64,000 bases of DNA from Methanomassiliicoccales archaeon (GCA_050010535.1 JBEKKT010000002.1:11247-75246); one strand, 5' to 3'. Shown: positions 29,686 through 39,378, counted from the first letter of the stretch. The notes: generated from the sequence alone by a model not told the origin. Made by a program: numbers and translations.

Positions 29686-29877
29686 GTGAACGCCATCAAA
29701 GTTCTAGATGAAGGACAGAAGGACTTGCTCTGGACGGTTAGCGACAGAAGACCCGAGTCTTACTTTCTTGATGTGGATGGAGGGGGAAGGCTTGTCCTCA
29801 TACTTGAGCAGGCAAAGTGTCTCGGCATCACCGTCCTGCCGAGGATACGTTGCCATCCAATGAAGGGAAGTGCGTGA
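29686..29877 (+). CDS. Possible small ORF coupled to the Cas4-like gene
   Basis: GAGGT upstream; TGA overlaps GTG 29874. Confidence 0.3.
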   Translation: MNAIKVLDEGQKDLLWTVSDRRPESYFLDVDGGGRLVLILEQAKCLGITVLPRIRCHPMKGSA

Positions 29878-30659
29878 CCTTGTCATCACTAACCCCCAGG
29901 GCTATTGTCCCCGTTAGTGCCCTATGCACATATCTGGAAAACCGGGAAGAAGCATACGATAGGTACGTACTTTGCAAAAGGCCGCTCCCTACATCCGCAA
30001 TGATTCAGGGCGACCTAGAGCACATGTCCCGTTATTTTGCGACAGAAGATCTTCAAAAAACGTACTTCACGGCCAAGAATGAGGACGAGCTGAGGAACAC
30101 CTATGCTATCATAAGCGATTCGGTTCAGCGAGCCATAGTGGAATGCGAGAGGAAATACAGCTACCTCGGCTATGATATTGAGCCTATGAGTGGCGAAATC
30201 CTTAACCGCCTTCGAATCGAGGAAGACATCAGAGTTGTAGCTGCAACGAACCTGATGCGGGATGGGGTCAGGGGATTGAATCTAGTGTGCCAATTGCTAC
30301 CTCAACAGGTCGAGCTACCGCTTCGGTCGGAATCATACGGACTTGAGGGCAGATTGGATGCACTATGCTTCACAGGGAGTGCCTACTTTCCAGTGGAGTA
30401 TAAGACTGGGAGGGTGCCAGACGGAAAACCAAGGCTCTCCCACGAGCTACAATTGACCGCATATTGCATGCTGCTCGAAGAAAACCTTCAGACCGTCTGC
30501 CACTACGGAGAGATCTACTACACAAGATACTTCCGCAGGGTTCCCGTCTTCATATCCGACAAGGCAAAAGACGAGGTCTTGGAGATTAGGGACAAATTCC
30601 TCACGACATGCACAGGTTCGTCTGAATTAGTCATTGGCATGGGGGGTTTCGAGATATGA
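29874..30659 (+). CDS. Cas4-like (RecB-type PD-(D/E)XK) nuclease
   Basis: LEGRLD, VEYKTG, QLTAYCMLLEE, GEIYY; no C-terminal CxxC...C cluster motif. Confidence 0.8.
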   Translation: MTLSSLTPRAIVPVSALCTYLENREEAYDRYVLCKRPLPTSAMIQGDLEHMSRYFATEDLQKTYFTAKNEDELRNTYAIISDSVQRAIVECERKYSYLGYDIEPMSGEILNRLRIEEDIRVVAATNLMRDGVRGLNLVCQLLPQQVELPLRSESYGLEGRLDALCFTGSAYFPVEYKTGRVPDGKPRLSHELQLTAYCMLLEENLQTVCHYGEIYYTRYFRRVPVFISDKAKDEVLEIRDKFLTTCTGSSELVIGMGGFEI

Positions 30660-32143
30660 TGGAGGGAGCAGATATGCCTTCAGCAACCCTCGGAAGAATT
30701 GTCCAAACTGAGCATGAGCCTTTGATTATAACTCCCAACATTAAGCGGCTCACTGCCTATGTTGCAGAGTCGCTGAAAGAAAGGGTCGGGGAGAGCTCGT
30801 TTCTTGTTGCCGAGGGAGAAGATGGCGGCCCCGTGCTACTGTGCCGTGTTAAGAGGATTGAAAGCTTTCCTAAAGCGTCGAGCATAATCTTCAGGGCCCA
30901 GTCCGAGTTCGTCACAAGGCTTGAGTTGGAGCCAATTGGACAGATAACCAGTCTTGGCATCAGCCCAATGCCAAATCATGATTTCCACAATTATAAACTA
31001 AGGTGGGCGAGTCCAGACGAATTAAGAGTCTGCTATGGGGTGCCCACAGAAGGTCTTCTCTGCGGAGACCTCATGGCTGACCAGGACACTCCAGTGATAC
31101 CATACAGGGTCCCGAGTGAGCTGTTGTATCGCAGCCTCTTCATTTGCGGAGCGAAGGGGAGCGGCAAGACCACTTGCCTTCGGTCACTATTACCGAACTT
31201 CGTTTGTAAAGATAGCGGTAACATTTCCAACCCCTCCATCGTGATTTTGGACGTTGAGGGCGAATTTTCGCAACAATCAATCGTAAAGAGGTTTGTAGAT
31301 GCTGGAGCTGAGACGAATCTTCGCATCATCTCAACAGACCCGGGCATGGCAACATCGACTCTCAGTCTTCCTCAAGTGCACTATGAACACTTTGCATATT
31401 TCGCTCCTGACTTGCCATTGCCATCGCTTACCGCTCTCGAATCAATCTACAAACAACTGCTGTTCTCATATCGGGAAAGGGGGATCGTTCGCCGTGCCGA
31501 GGACGTTCTAAAGGATATTCGGGAGGCCGCATGGCGTCAACCAGGCATACACACCTCTCAAAGGGAGGCAATCGTGCGAGTAACTATGTCTGGTCTTTTT
31601 TCAATGTTCGACCAGGAGAACCTGCCACCTCTGCTTCCCGAAGATCTCGTCAAACCTGGGAGAGTGTCGATTATTGACGTGAGCTCTCTGACGGACGACC
31701 AGCAAAGAGTTGTCGCACTGTATCTCTTGTCAACATTTGCGACCTACAAGACCAGGTCTCAAGACTCTACTGGGCTCCTGCTAGTGATGGACGAAGCTCA
31801 GAAGCTGTTCCCGCACAGGGGAGACCTCAAGAAAGACTATGCGCACAGACTCGCCAGATTTGTAAGTGGTATAGTCCACCGTGGGCGAAGAAGGAGATAC
31901 GGTGTTGTCCTGGCAACGCAGTATCCTTCTGACGTTTCCAAAGAGGTTGTTGAGCTATGCGATACCAAAATCGTCTTCAAGATGAGTGGGCCAATAGATT
32001 GGCTCAAAATGACCCTCGGTGGTTCAGGATTCGCTCGTTCTGCATCTGAGTTGAGCGTGGGCGAAGCCTATGTTGTCTCAACAGGTCTGAACATCCAGCA
32101 ACCCGCAAGAGTAAGGTTTCCTGCTGTGGAGACGAGCGAATGA
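30656..32143 (+). CDS. HerA/FtsK-family ATPase (DUF87-like)
   Basis: N-terminal beta-rich HAS-barrel-like region, GAKGSGKT, MDEAQ, GRRRRYG, LATQYPS. Confidence 0.88.
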   Translation: MMEGADMPSATLGRIVQTEHEPLIITPNIKRLTAYVAESLKERVGESSFLVAEGEDGGPVLLCRVKRIESFPKASSIIFRAQSEFVTRLELEPIGQITSLGISPMPNHDFHNYKLRWASPDELRVCYGVPTEGLLCGDLMADQDTPVIPYRVPSELLYRSLFICGAKGSGKTTCLRSLLPNFVCKDSGNISNPSIVILDVEGEFSQQSIVKRFVDAGAETNLRIISTDPGMATSTLSLPQVHYEHFAYFAPDLPLPSLTALESIYKQLLFSYRERGIVRRAEDVLKDIREAAWRQPGIHTSQREAIVRVTMSGLFSMFDQENLPPLLPEDLVKPGRVSIIDVSSLTDDQQRVVALYLLSTFATYKTRSQDSTGLLLVMDEAQKLFPHRGDLKKDYAHRLARFVSGIVHRGRRRRYGVVLATQYPSDVSKEVVELCDTKIVFKMSGPIDWLKMTLGGSGFARSASELSVGEAYVVSTGLNIQQPARVRFPAVETSE

Positions 32144-32255
32144 CTGTTTCTATAGTGATTCCTAACCCGATGATCATATCTAGACAGGTTCAAATCTGCC
32201 ACCCCGTAATGTATTGTGTCGATTGCCTAGTCTATTTGCCAGGAGGGATACGACT

Positions 32256-32681
32256 GTGCCAAGGAGAAAGAAGTACAAGGATCCAAGCAAATTGCGGTGT
32301 GTCAACATAGCCAAAAGCCGCATGTACCATAGTAGTGAGGACTGTCGGGAGTGTCCAGACGAAGGGGAGTGCGCCCTAATTCACAGTCCAGTGAAGCACC
32401 ATGTTTCATACAGGGAAAATCGGACTATTAATCTGACACCATCGCAGCATTTTGACCGACATTTCGGGTGTGACAAATGCTATCTCTGCAAGACTGAAGG
32501 AGTTCATAAGAGATATTTCGCACCAGTTGACCCCAGGACTGGAAAAGGATATGGGGACCTCAACAAACACGGGAATCATTCGTGGCCCCACACCGGACGC
32601 TGGATTTTGGTTTGTGACCAGTGCCATCCATCTGCCATTGGATTGCGAATCTCATCGGAAGGTATGAGGGCGACATCCTGA
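32256..32681 (+). CDS. Cys/His-rich protein, possible HNH-like plus Zn finger
   Basis: CRECPDEGEC, HHVSY...NL....H...H, CDKCYLC, CDQCH; GTG start. Confidence 0.5.
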   Translation: MPRRKKYKDPSKLRCVNIAKSRMYHSSEDCRECPDEGECALIHSPVKHHVSYRENRTINLTPSQHFDRHFGCDKCYLCKTEGVHKRYFAPVDPRTGKGYGDLNKHGNHSWPHTGRWILVCDQCHPSAIGLRISSEGMRATS

Positions 32682-32813
32682 TTAGTCGACACGCTTGCGA
32701 CAATCCACATCCTATTCGCAGACGACCAAATTCAAAAATCGCCTATGCCCCCACCTACCAAAAGATAATGACAAGGAAGGCGCATTTATCCAGCGTATTG
32801 AAGGGAGAAGGAG

Positions 32814-35669
32814 ATGGGGGCAGTCACCGAGAACACGGTAAATGACCTATTAGCACAATTTCTGCGTGAGAAAGGACTCCACATAGTAACTCAGTACACG
32901 GGGAGAACCCTCCAAGGCAGGAGTCAACCCGATTTCGTTGTTCAGGACTCGGGCCTCGTCTTCGGAGAGGGGGAGTGGGAGTCTTCCTTCATGAAAGGCC
33001 TGAAACAAGCGTATGATTTCGGCTCGCTCGGTGGCGCAAGCGGATCATTTGTGATATCATATCCTGACAGTGCAAAAGAAATCATCAACAGGCGACTCAA
33101 GGACTCAGCAACGCCAGCAACGTTACTCAGAGGAGTCAAGTTGCGGGGTCTCCTATTCATGAAGGATGCCAAGGCTGTGCTCTTCAAAGGGGAAATCGAT
33201 GAGGTTTTTGACTGGCTCAGGAATGGCATCATGCACAAGCCCTGGAAAGAAGATGCTGGAGCCTTTGTGTCTTTAATGAGAGACATCGTAGAAAGTCTAT
33301 CAGGATACCTGCCAACCTCTGGCGACTATCCTACCTTTTTCGAGCACATCATTGCCACAATGCCAAAGGATGCTGGAGAATTAGACACGGCTAAACGGGC
33401 AGCGGCGTATCTCCTTCTGAATCAGATTGTCTTCTATCGAATAATGGGCCAGGCGAGATACGAGCAACTCGAACCAGACAGCATAGAAATTCCATCGGAC
33501 TTACACAGAATTTACTTCAAGAGGGTTCTCGAAGACAACTACGCTGCGGTGTTCCAGAGTGATATTTCTTCCTTGTTCCCTGACAAGGCTCTACCGTTCA
33601 TCAAGGACATGATCACCTATGTGAACGCAATTCAACCTGAGTCGTTCACCCGAGACCTTCTAGGAAGCATCTTCCATGAGTTGATACCGCCGATTGTGAG
33701 GAAGTCCGTGGCAGCCTACTACACAAATCCAGAGGCTGCACGCCTTCTGGCGAAACTGACAATTGAGAAAAATGATGCTGAGGTGGCGGACTTCGCTTGT
33801 GGTTCTGGGACACTCCTAATGGCGGCCTATGACAGGAAGGCTGAGCTTTTGAATGGGGAGTTGACAGAGGTCGACCACAAGAGGTTCTTAGAGAATGAGA
33901 TCACGGGTTGCGACATAATGCCCTTTGCCGCCCACTTGGCCGTGGTCCAACTGGCGTTGAGACACCATTCTTTCCTGACCGACAAGGTGAGAATTGCAGT
34001 GCAGGACTCCACCTCCCTGCTGCCAGGTGTCGTTATAGCACCTCTGGAGTCTTCGATGCCCACAGGTCAGACAAGCCTCGTGTTCTTTGACGACGAAGAT
34101 AGACAGAAGTACATGATAAGAAAGGGTGCGATATCGGGTCGTGGCGAAGGGCACGTCTTCAGGATAGACAATCTGGATGCCGTCCTGATGAATCCTCCGT
34201 TCACGAGGAAGCAACTCATTGGTAAGGAGTATCGGAGAATCCTCACAGACCGTTTCCCAGAGTATTCCGAATACGAGAGCAAAGAGCAGTCTCTGTTTGG
34301 TTACTTCGTGTTCTTGGCCGACCGATTTCTGAAAGTTGGTGGGAGGATGGGGTTCGTCCTACCATCATCGTCCATTCGACAGACAAGTTCGGAAGGTATG
34401 AGAGATCTCATTAGGAGAAAATATGACCTGGAGTATCTGATACTGAGTGGCCATCGAATGGCATTTTCCGAGGACGCCTCATTCAGTGAGATTTTGTTGG
34501 TTGCAAGGAAACGCAAGCCTTCCAGTAAGCCTAAGGAGACCTTCATACTCGCCACAATAAAGGAGAAACCGTCTCTGGACAATGTTGGGTCCTTTGTTGG
34601 CAAGTTGAAAGATGCCTACTCGATGGCTGAATCTGGTTTGCCGTTGAAACATGATGTTTTGAAATCTGATGAGCTTGACATCAAGGTTGGTTTGAGAGCG
34701 GACCTAATGAACGCTGACTGGCTGGCGTTGCTGCCTGGTGAGGAGCTAATCGGAGTGGACGTGTCAAGATGTGTTGGATTCACGAGACTCGTAGACATAA
34801 TCCAAGAAGATGGAATAATCCAGGGGATAAGATTTGAAGGATCTAGCGACTACGTCAACGTCAAGAACACCATCATCTCCAGAAAGAGAGAGGAAAGAAC
34901 GAGGATGAACTGGGAAATCATGGAAGAATCCGAGGAAGGCGTGAAAGCGGTCAACACAAGGAGTGGCGCAGGAGTGAAGGTGCCTTGGAATGTCTTGAAA
35001 CCTGCTGCACGTACACCATCAGGAATGTCAGTGATGGAAATCACCACACCACTCGACTATGCTGTCGAAGACCGATTCCTCAATGACGATTTCTTCTGGG
35101 ATGAGCCTAACCCAGATGCTGTTGTTGCCAAGAGGAAGTCGCATCTCAAGAGCAGAGAGGGGAGATTGCTTATTGCGGGAAGAAATCATATCAACATCAC
35201 CAGCGGAGGCACGTATTTCATAGCTTTTTGCTCCGAGAAGGAAATAGTACCGACATGGAGCTTCTGGTCAGTGAAGTTGGATAACGCTAACGATGCAAGA
35301 ATCCTCTGTCTCTGGTTGAATTCAGTCTACTGTCTATCCAACTTGTACGATTGTAAGATAACGGGTACGGGGGTCTATATCGGATGGCTGAAACCTGACC
35401 TGCTAAAGCTGTTCGTACCAGATATCAGGAATCTTCCCTCTGAGAAGAAGGATGAATTGCTTAGCTTGTTTCGGTATGTGAGTGGTCAGGCATTGCCACC
35501 ACTGCTGCGACAACTGAAGGATGTCAATCAGGTGAGACTCCACATGGATATGGAACTCTCTAGAATTCTTGAGATTCCTGAATACCAGGATACCGCAAGA
35601 TTAATCGACATCTATGCGATTCTTGTCAAGAAGTTTGAATCGCTTGGACATCCACAGAGTGAGGAGTGA
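32814..35669 (+). CDS. Fused type IIG restriction-modification enzyme (REase, N6-MTase, TRD)
   Basis: N-terminal PD...GEGE, motif I DFACGSG, motif IV NPPF, C-terminal specificity-like region. Confidence 0.88.
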   Translation: MGAVTENTVNDLLAQFLREKGLHIVTQYTGRTLQGRSQPDFVVQDSGLVFGEGEWESSFMKGLKQAYDFGSLGGASGSFVISYPDSAKEIINRRLKDSATPATLLRGVKLRGLLFMKDAKAVLFKGEIDEVFDWLRNGIMHKPWKEDAGAFVSLMRDIVESLSGYLPTSGDYPTFFEHIIATMPKDAGELDTAKRAAAYLLLNQIVFYRIMGQARYEQLEPDSIEIPSDLHRIYFKRVLEDNYAAVFQSDISSLFPDKALPFIKDMITYVNAIQPESFTRDLLGSIFHELIPPIVRKSVAAYYTNPEAARLLAKLTIEKNDAEVADFACGSGTLLMAAYDRKAELLNGELTEVDHKRFLENEITGCDIMPFAAHLAVVQLALRHHSFLTDKVRIAVQDSTSLLPGVVIAPLESSMPTGQTSLVFFDDEDRQKYMIRKGAISGRGEGHVFRIDNLDAVLMNPPFTRKQLIGKEYRRILTDRFPEYSEYESKEQSLFGYFVFLADRFLKVGGRMGFVLPSSSIRQTSSEGMRDLIRRKYDLEYLILSGHRMAFSEDASFSEILLVARKRKPSSKPKETFILATIKEKPSLDNVGSFVGKLKDAYSMAESGLPLKHDVLKSDELDIKVGLRADLMNADWLALLPGEELIGVDVSRCVGFTRLVDIIQEDGIIQGIRFEGSSDYVNVKNTIISRKREERTRMNWEIMEESEEGVKAVNTRSGAGVKVPWNVLKPAARTPSGMSVMEITTPLDYAVEDRFLNDDFFWDEPNPDAVVAKRKSHLKSREGRLLIAGRNHINITSGGTYFIAFCSEKEIVPTWSFWSVKLDNANDARILCLWLNSVYCLSNLYDCKITGTGVYIGWLKPDLLKLFVPDIRNLPSEKKDELLSLFRYVSGQALPPLLRQLKDVNQVRLHMDMELSRILEIPEYQDTARLIDIYAILVKKFESLGHPQSEE

Positions 35670-35893
35670 CAAGCTGAAGAGCCATGCCTCCTGGTTTGCT
35701 TCTGCTCCGCTCGATTTCATCTCAATACGTGCGAGTGAATCGGAGGCGTATCGCTTGTGTCTCATTGCTGCCTTGACATCAACACAAACTATAAATTATA
35801 TCTAAATGCTTACTATTAGTGCATAGTACATCATTTAAGTGTATTATTTAACACAAAGATGAAAACCTATTGCACTGGGTGGGTAGAGTCTAC

Positions 35894-36115
35894 ATGAAAG
35901 GGTCGGAAAACTCGGAAGAAAGGATAATTGAGACTCTAAGGCAATTGGGGAAAAGAGCGTTCACAAAGGAGATTGCGAAAAAAGCAAAAATGAGCCAACA
36001 AACCGCATCCAAATATCTGATGACGTTGGAAGCAAAGGGGAAGGTCAAGAAAGACGACTCTCAGCCACCCTATATGTACTGGGAGCTCAAGAATGGAAAA
36101 GACTGGGGAAAATGA
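35894..36115 (+). CDS. Small wHTH transcriptional regulator
   Basis: TKEIAKKAKMSQQTASKYLMTLEAKGKV. Confidence 0.85.
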   Translation: MKGSENSEERIIETLRQLGKRAFTKEIAKKAKMSQQTASKYLMTLEAKGKVKKDDSQPPYMYWELKNGKDWGK

Positions 36116-37199
36116 GTATAGACTAGGAGAATTGACATTCGAGATAACGAGAAAATGCCCTCTAGGTTGCCTTATATGTTCCTCGGATGGGGGTGTGCCC
36201 TACCCTACTGAGTTCCATACAGAAAGAATCAAAGCAATCATTGATGAGTCCGTTCGGCTAGGGACACGGAGGATTGTGCTATCGGGAGGAGAACCCCTGG
36301 CGCACATTGGCGTAATTGAGATATGTAATTTCATAAAGGATAGGGGTTTGGAAGTTGATGTATACACATGTGGCAATCAAAGGGATCCGAACGGCCAGAT
36401 AGTCCCGATTGATGATGAGACATTGCTTCGTCTGAAGAGGGCAGCAATCGGAAGACTGATTTTCAGCATCCATGGCGACAGGCCAGAAATCCATGATCAA
36501 ATCACAAACAGGAAGGGAAGCTATGCAAACCTGTTGAGGTCTATTTCTCTCTCAAAGGAAATAGGACTGAACGCAGAGTTGCATTTTGTACCAACGAGAC
36601 TGAACTACCGGACATTATCCAACATAATGAAGTTGAAGGTTGAAATCGGAATAAACAGGTTGAGTGTTCTTAGATTCGTCCCACAGGGGAGAGGATGGCA
36701 AAACAGGGCTATCTTGGAGCTCGATAAGAATGCAATCATTGAATTGAGAGCAATCATGCATAGGATCAGGTCCGACTGTTCGAGTTTCGAGTTTAGAGTC
36801 GGCGCTCCATTCAATTGCTTCAATCTGGACGGTCCGACACCATGCACGGCAGGAATCGACAAAGCGACAATTAGAGCTGACGGATTGGTGTATCCTTGCG
36901 TAAGCATGAAGAACCTGCCCTATGAAAACAATGGAAACGATCTTGGGAACCTCAGTCTACCAGAGGTTTGGGCCAGGTCAGAGATATTTGCGTATGTCAG
37001 AGAGAGATTGAGCACCGCCTTTGTTAATGGCACATGCTCTGGGTGTGAACATTTGTCAGATTGTGGAGGAGGCTGTCTGTCTCAGAAACTAATTTCCGGT
37101 CTAGCAGAAGCAACCGACCCGTACTGCCCAGTAAAACTGCAGGACCATATCGAGTGTTCTGCCTTTCGTCGGAGCTCGCACGCCATCCCAGTGAGATGA
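36093..37199 (+). CDS. Radical SAM / SPASM domain protein
   Basis: CPLGCLIC, SGGEPL, SPASM CTAG...GLVYPC...CSGC...CGGGC...C. Confidence 0.93.
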   Translation: MEKTGENEYRLGELTFEITRKCPLGCLICSSDGGVPYPTEFHTERIKAIIDESVRLGTRRIVLSGGEPLAHIGVIEICNFIKDRGLEVDVYTCGNQRDPNGQIVPIDDETLLRLKRAAIGRLIFSIHGDRPEIHDQITNRKGSYANLLRSISLSKEIGLNAELHFVPTRLNYRTLSNIMKLKVEIGINRLSVLRFVPQGRGWQNRAILELDKNAIIELRAIMHRIRSDCSSFEFRVGAPFNCFNLDGPTPCTAGIDKATIRADGLVYPCVSMKNLPYENNGNDLGNLSLPEVWARSEIFAYVRERLSTAFVNGTCSGCEHLSDCGGGCLSQKLISGLAEATDPYCPVKLQDHIECSAFRRSSHAIPVR

Positions 37200-38762
37200 G
37201 TGGTTATGCTATCCGTACCTCAAGAAATCAATGACAAAATACTCCTAAAGTGGTTCAAGAAGAATAGTCAGAAAATTGATTTCATCGACAGTGGCTTGGA
37301 GTTTCCAACCCAGGTTACCAGACTAGATAACGAGACGGGACAACTCATAAAGGGATTGGATGAAGAGAAATACCTTCACATGCCAGAAAACATGAAGATT
37401 CTGATTGACCTATGGAAGACCCTGATCGGAGATGCTATAATATTCTTGAAGTCCAAAGATGATAGAGAGCTTTTCCATGATGGTGAAATCTTCGGTATGG
37501 ACGTCCTTGCAAGCATAATGACGGAATTCAAGGAATTTGAGAGACTGCTATATGGAGCAAAATACTCATACAGAGATCATATCGCTCATGTGTTCAGGGT
37601 TTTTCTCACTGGTGAATTCCTGATAAGGAATTATGTTCAGTTTGCCGAGATCTCGGTAGGTGACGATCTTCTGCCCGAGAAAGTATCTCCCGAAGAGAAG
37701 GAGGCAATGTGGTGCATCATGTCATTGACCCATGACATAGGATATGCCTTGGAGGACATCGACACCATAAACCAGAAAATCAGAGATATGATAAAGGAAT
37801 ATGGAAAGGCAAGCGTCCAAGAGCTTACTTATATGTTCCCTCCTCAGAGACATGCCATTGACGATTTTGTTTTGAGATTCATATCATCGAATCTAGTTCC
37901 CCGTTCAAATGATGAAGAAATCGAGCCAGGTTCAAATAATGAAAGAATATCATCGAATCTAGTTCCCCGTTCAAATGATGAAGAAATCGAGCCAGGTTCA
38001 AATTACGAAAAAATCCAGTTCCACACCCACATTCAAACAAAATACTTTATGAAATTCTACAGAGCCTACGAGAAATTCGATCACGGCATCATAAGTTGCA
38101 CTGTCTTAATGAGGGAGTTGGTTTTTTTCCTTGAGTCTGATTTCCTGTTGGATCAGTTTGCGACACTCAATCACAAGAACGCAAGGCAGTTCCTGATAAG
38201 GCAGAATATTCTAAGAGCAATCGCATCGCATAACTGTCCGGACATATACCATCTCCGTGTCAATGACTTCCCGTTCATGTTGATGATTTGTGACGAACTC
38301 CAGGAATGGGGAAGGCCTAGAATGGAGGAGATATTCAAAGAGAGGATTCCAGACCAAGAAGACAAAAAGGTCATGATACTAAACCTCATCAATCTTCCGA
38401 ATGGGCAGTCCGAGGTTTCGTATGAAGTGATTTTCACAAGCAAGAATGCGGATACCAGAGAGGCTACGAAAATGATGTTGACGATTGAAGAATACTTTAT
38501 CACGAAGACGAAGAAATACATAAAGGTACTAAGGAGTGCAGTCGGTGGTGACCTAAGAAATATAAATTTCACTTTTTCAGTAAAAAATAGAAGTCCTATG
38601 AAAGGCAAAGAATCTCATTATCGCTTTGTTTTGAAGCAACCATTGAAGGGCGAAAAAAAGTTGGTGCCAGAATTGTGGCTAGGTCATGTAAAACAGAAGA
38701 GCCTCCAGGAAATCATCAGAAAGCATGAGAAGAAAGTCCATAGATCCAAATATCAAAAATGA
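37200..38762 (+). CDS. HD-superfamily metal-dependent phosphohydrolase
   Basis: YRDHIAH, LTHDIGY, DHG, ASHN, CDELQEWGR. Confidence 0.85.
   Translation: MVMLSVPQEINDKILLKWFKKNSQKIDFIDSGLEFPTQVTRLDNETGQLIKGLDEEKYLHMPENMKILIDLWKTLIGDAIIFLKSKDDRELFHDGEIFGMDVLASIMTEFKEFERLLYGAKYSYRDHIAHVFRVFLTGEFLIRNYVQFAEISVGDDLLPEKVSPEEKEAMWCIMSLTHDIGYALEDIDTINQKIRDMIKEYGKASVQELTYMFPPQRHAIDDFVLRFISSNLVPRSNDEEIEPGSNNERISSNLVPRSNDEEIEPGSNYEKIQFHTHIQTKYFMKFYRAYEKFDHGIISCTVLMRELVFFLESDFLLDQFATLNHKNARQFLIRQNILRAIASHNCPDIYHLRVNDFPFMLMICDELQEWGRPRMEEIFKERIPDQEDKKVMILNLINLPNGQSEVSYEVIFTSKNADTREATKMMLTIEEYFITKTKKYIKVLRSAVGGDLRNINFTFSVKNRSPMKGKESHYRFVLKQPLKGEKKLVPELWLGHVKQKSLQEIIRKHEKKVHRSKYQK
37881..38003 (+). repeat. 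In-frame tandem duplication (66-bp period) in HD gene
   Basis: 57 identical bases at 37881 and 37947; ISSNLVPRSNDEEIEPGSN occurs twice. Confidence 0.95.
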
Positions 38763-39378
38763 CGGGATTCTTGCCGTCCTTACAGGATGCAGAAAGTGCC
38801 CACACTTAGTAGATTCAAGAGATAGGGTCGTCCCAGGATATGGTGAGATACCTGCCGATTTCATGTTTGTGGGCTTGGCTCCAGGAAGAAATGGGGCGGA
38901 CATTACTGGTGTTCCATTCACCAAGGATCCTTCTGGTGTTCTGTTTCAGGAGGCACTTATAAGAGTGGGATTTTCACTAGAAGAGAGTCCTAGAGTCATC
39001 CGTCCGAGATTGAGGGGAGCCTTTGTCACAAACATTGTCAAATGCAACCCGAAAGACATTGATGGTAACAATAGGGCGCCTTCTGTCGAAGAAATAGTAG
39101 CATGCTCTGAGTATTTTGAATCTGAAAAACGCCTTGTCAGTCCCAGGGTGATAATAAGCTTTGGCAAGACTGTGACGGAGTCCCTGCTATCGAGGAGAAT
39201 CGCCAACCTTTCTGACCTTCATGGAATACCTATCCTGCAAGATGGAGTAACATTCTTGCCAATGATTCATCCGTCATTCGTAATAAGAGGTGCTTATGAC
39301 AGAAGACAATACCTCAAAGACTTTGACATAATAACAGACCTCGACCAGCAAGCAACCACTAAGGTTCGGACGAAGTGA
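38725..39378 (+). CDS. Uracil-DNA glycosylase superfamily protein (family 5-like, Fe-S)
   Basis: CRKC, VGLAPGRNGA..TGVPFT, TNIVKCNP, NRAP...C, IHPS. Confidence 0.9.
   Translation: MRRKSIDPNIKNDGILAVLTGCRKCPHLVDSRDRVVPGYGEIPADFMFVGLAPGRNGADITGVPFTKDPSGVLFQEALIRVGFSLEESPRVIRPRLRGAFVTNIVKCNPKDIDGNNRAPSVEEIVACSEYFESEKRLVSPRVIISFGKTVTESLLSRRIANLSDLHGIPILQDGVTFLPMIHPSFVIRGAYDRRQYLKDFDIITDLDQQATTKVRTK

Noticed and set aside
32185-32198. CAGGTTCAAATCTG resembling a tRNA T-arm or extra att site
   Set aside because: Stem does not pair properly and there is no cloverleaf or match to the att core
29500-32800. CRISPR-Cas locus suggested by the Cas4-like gene
   Set aside because: No regularly spaced repeats and no cas1/cas2 or effector genes seen in the window
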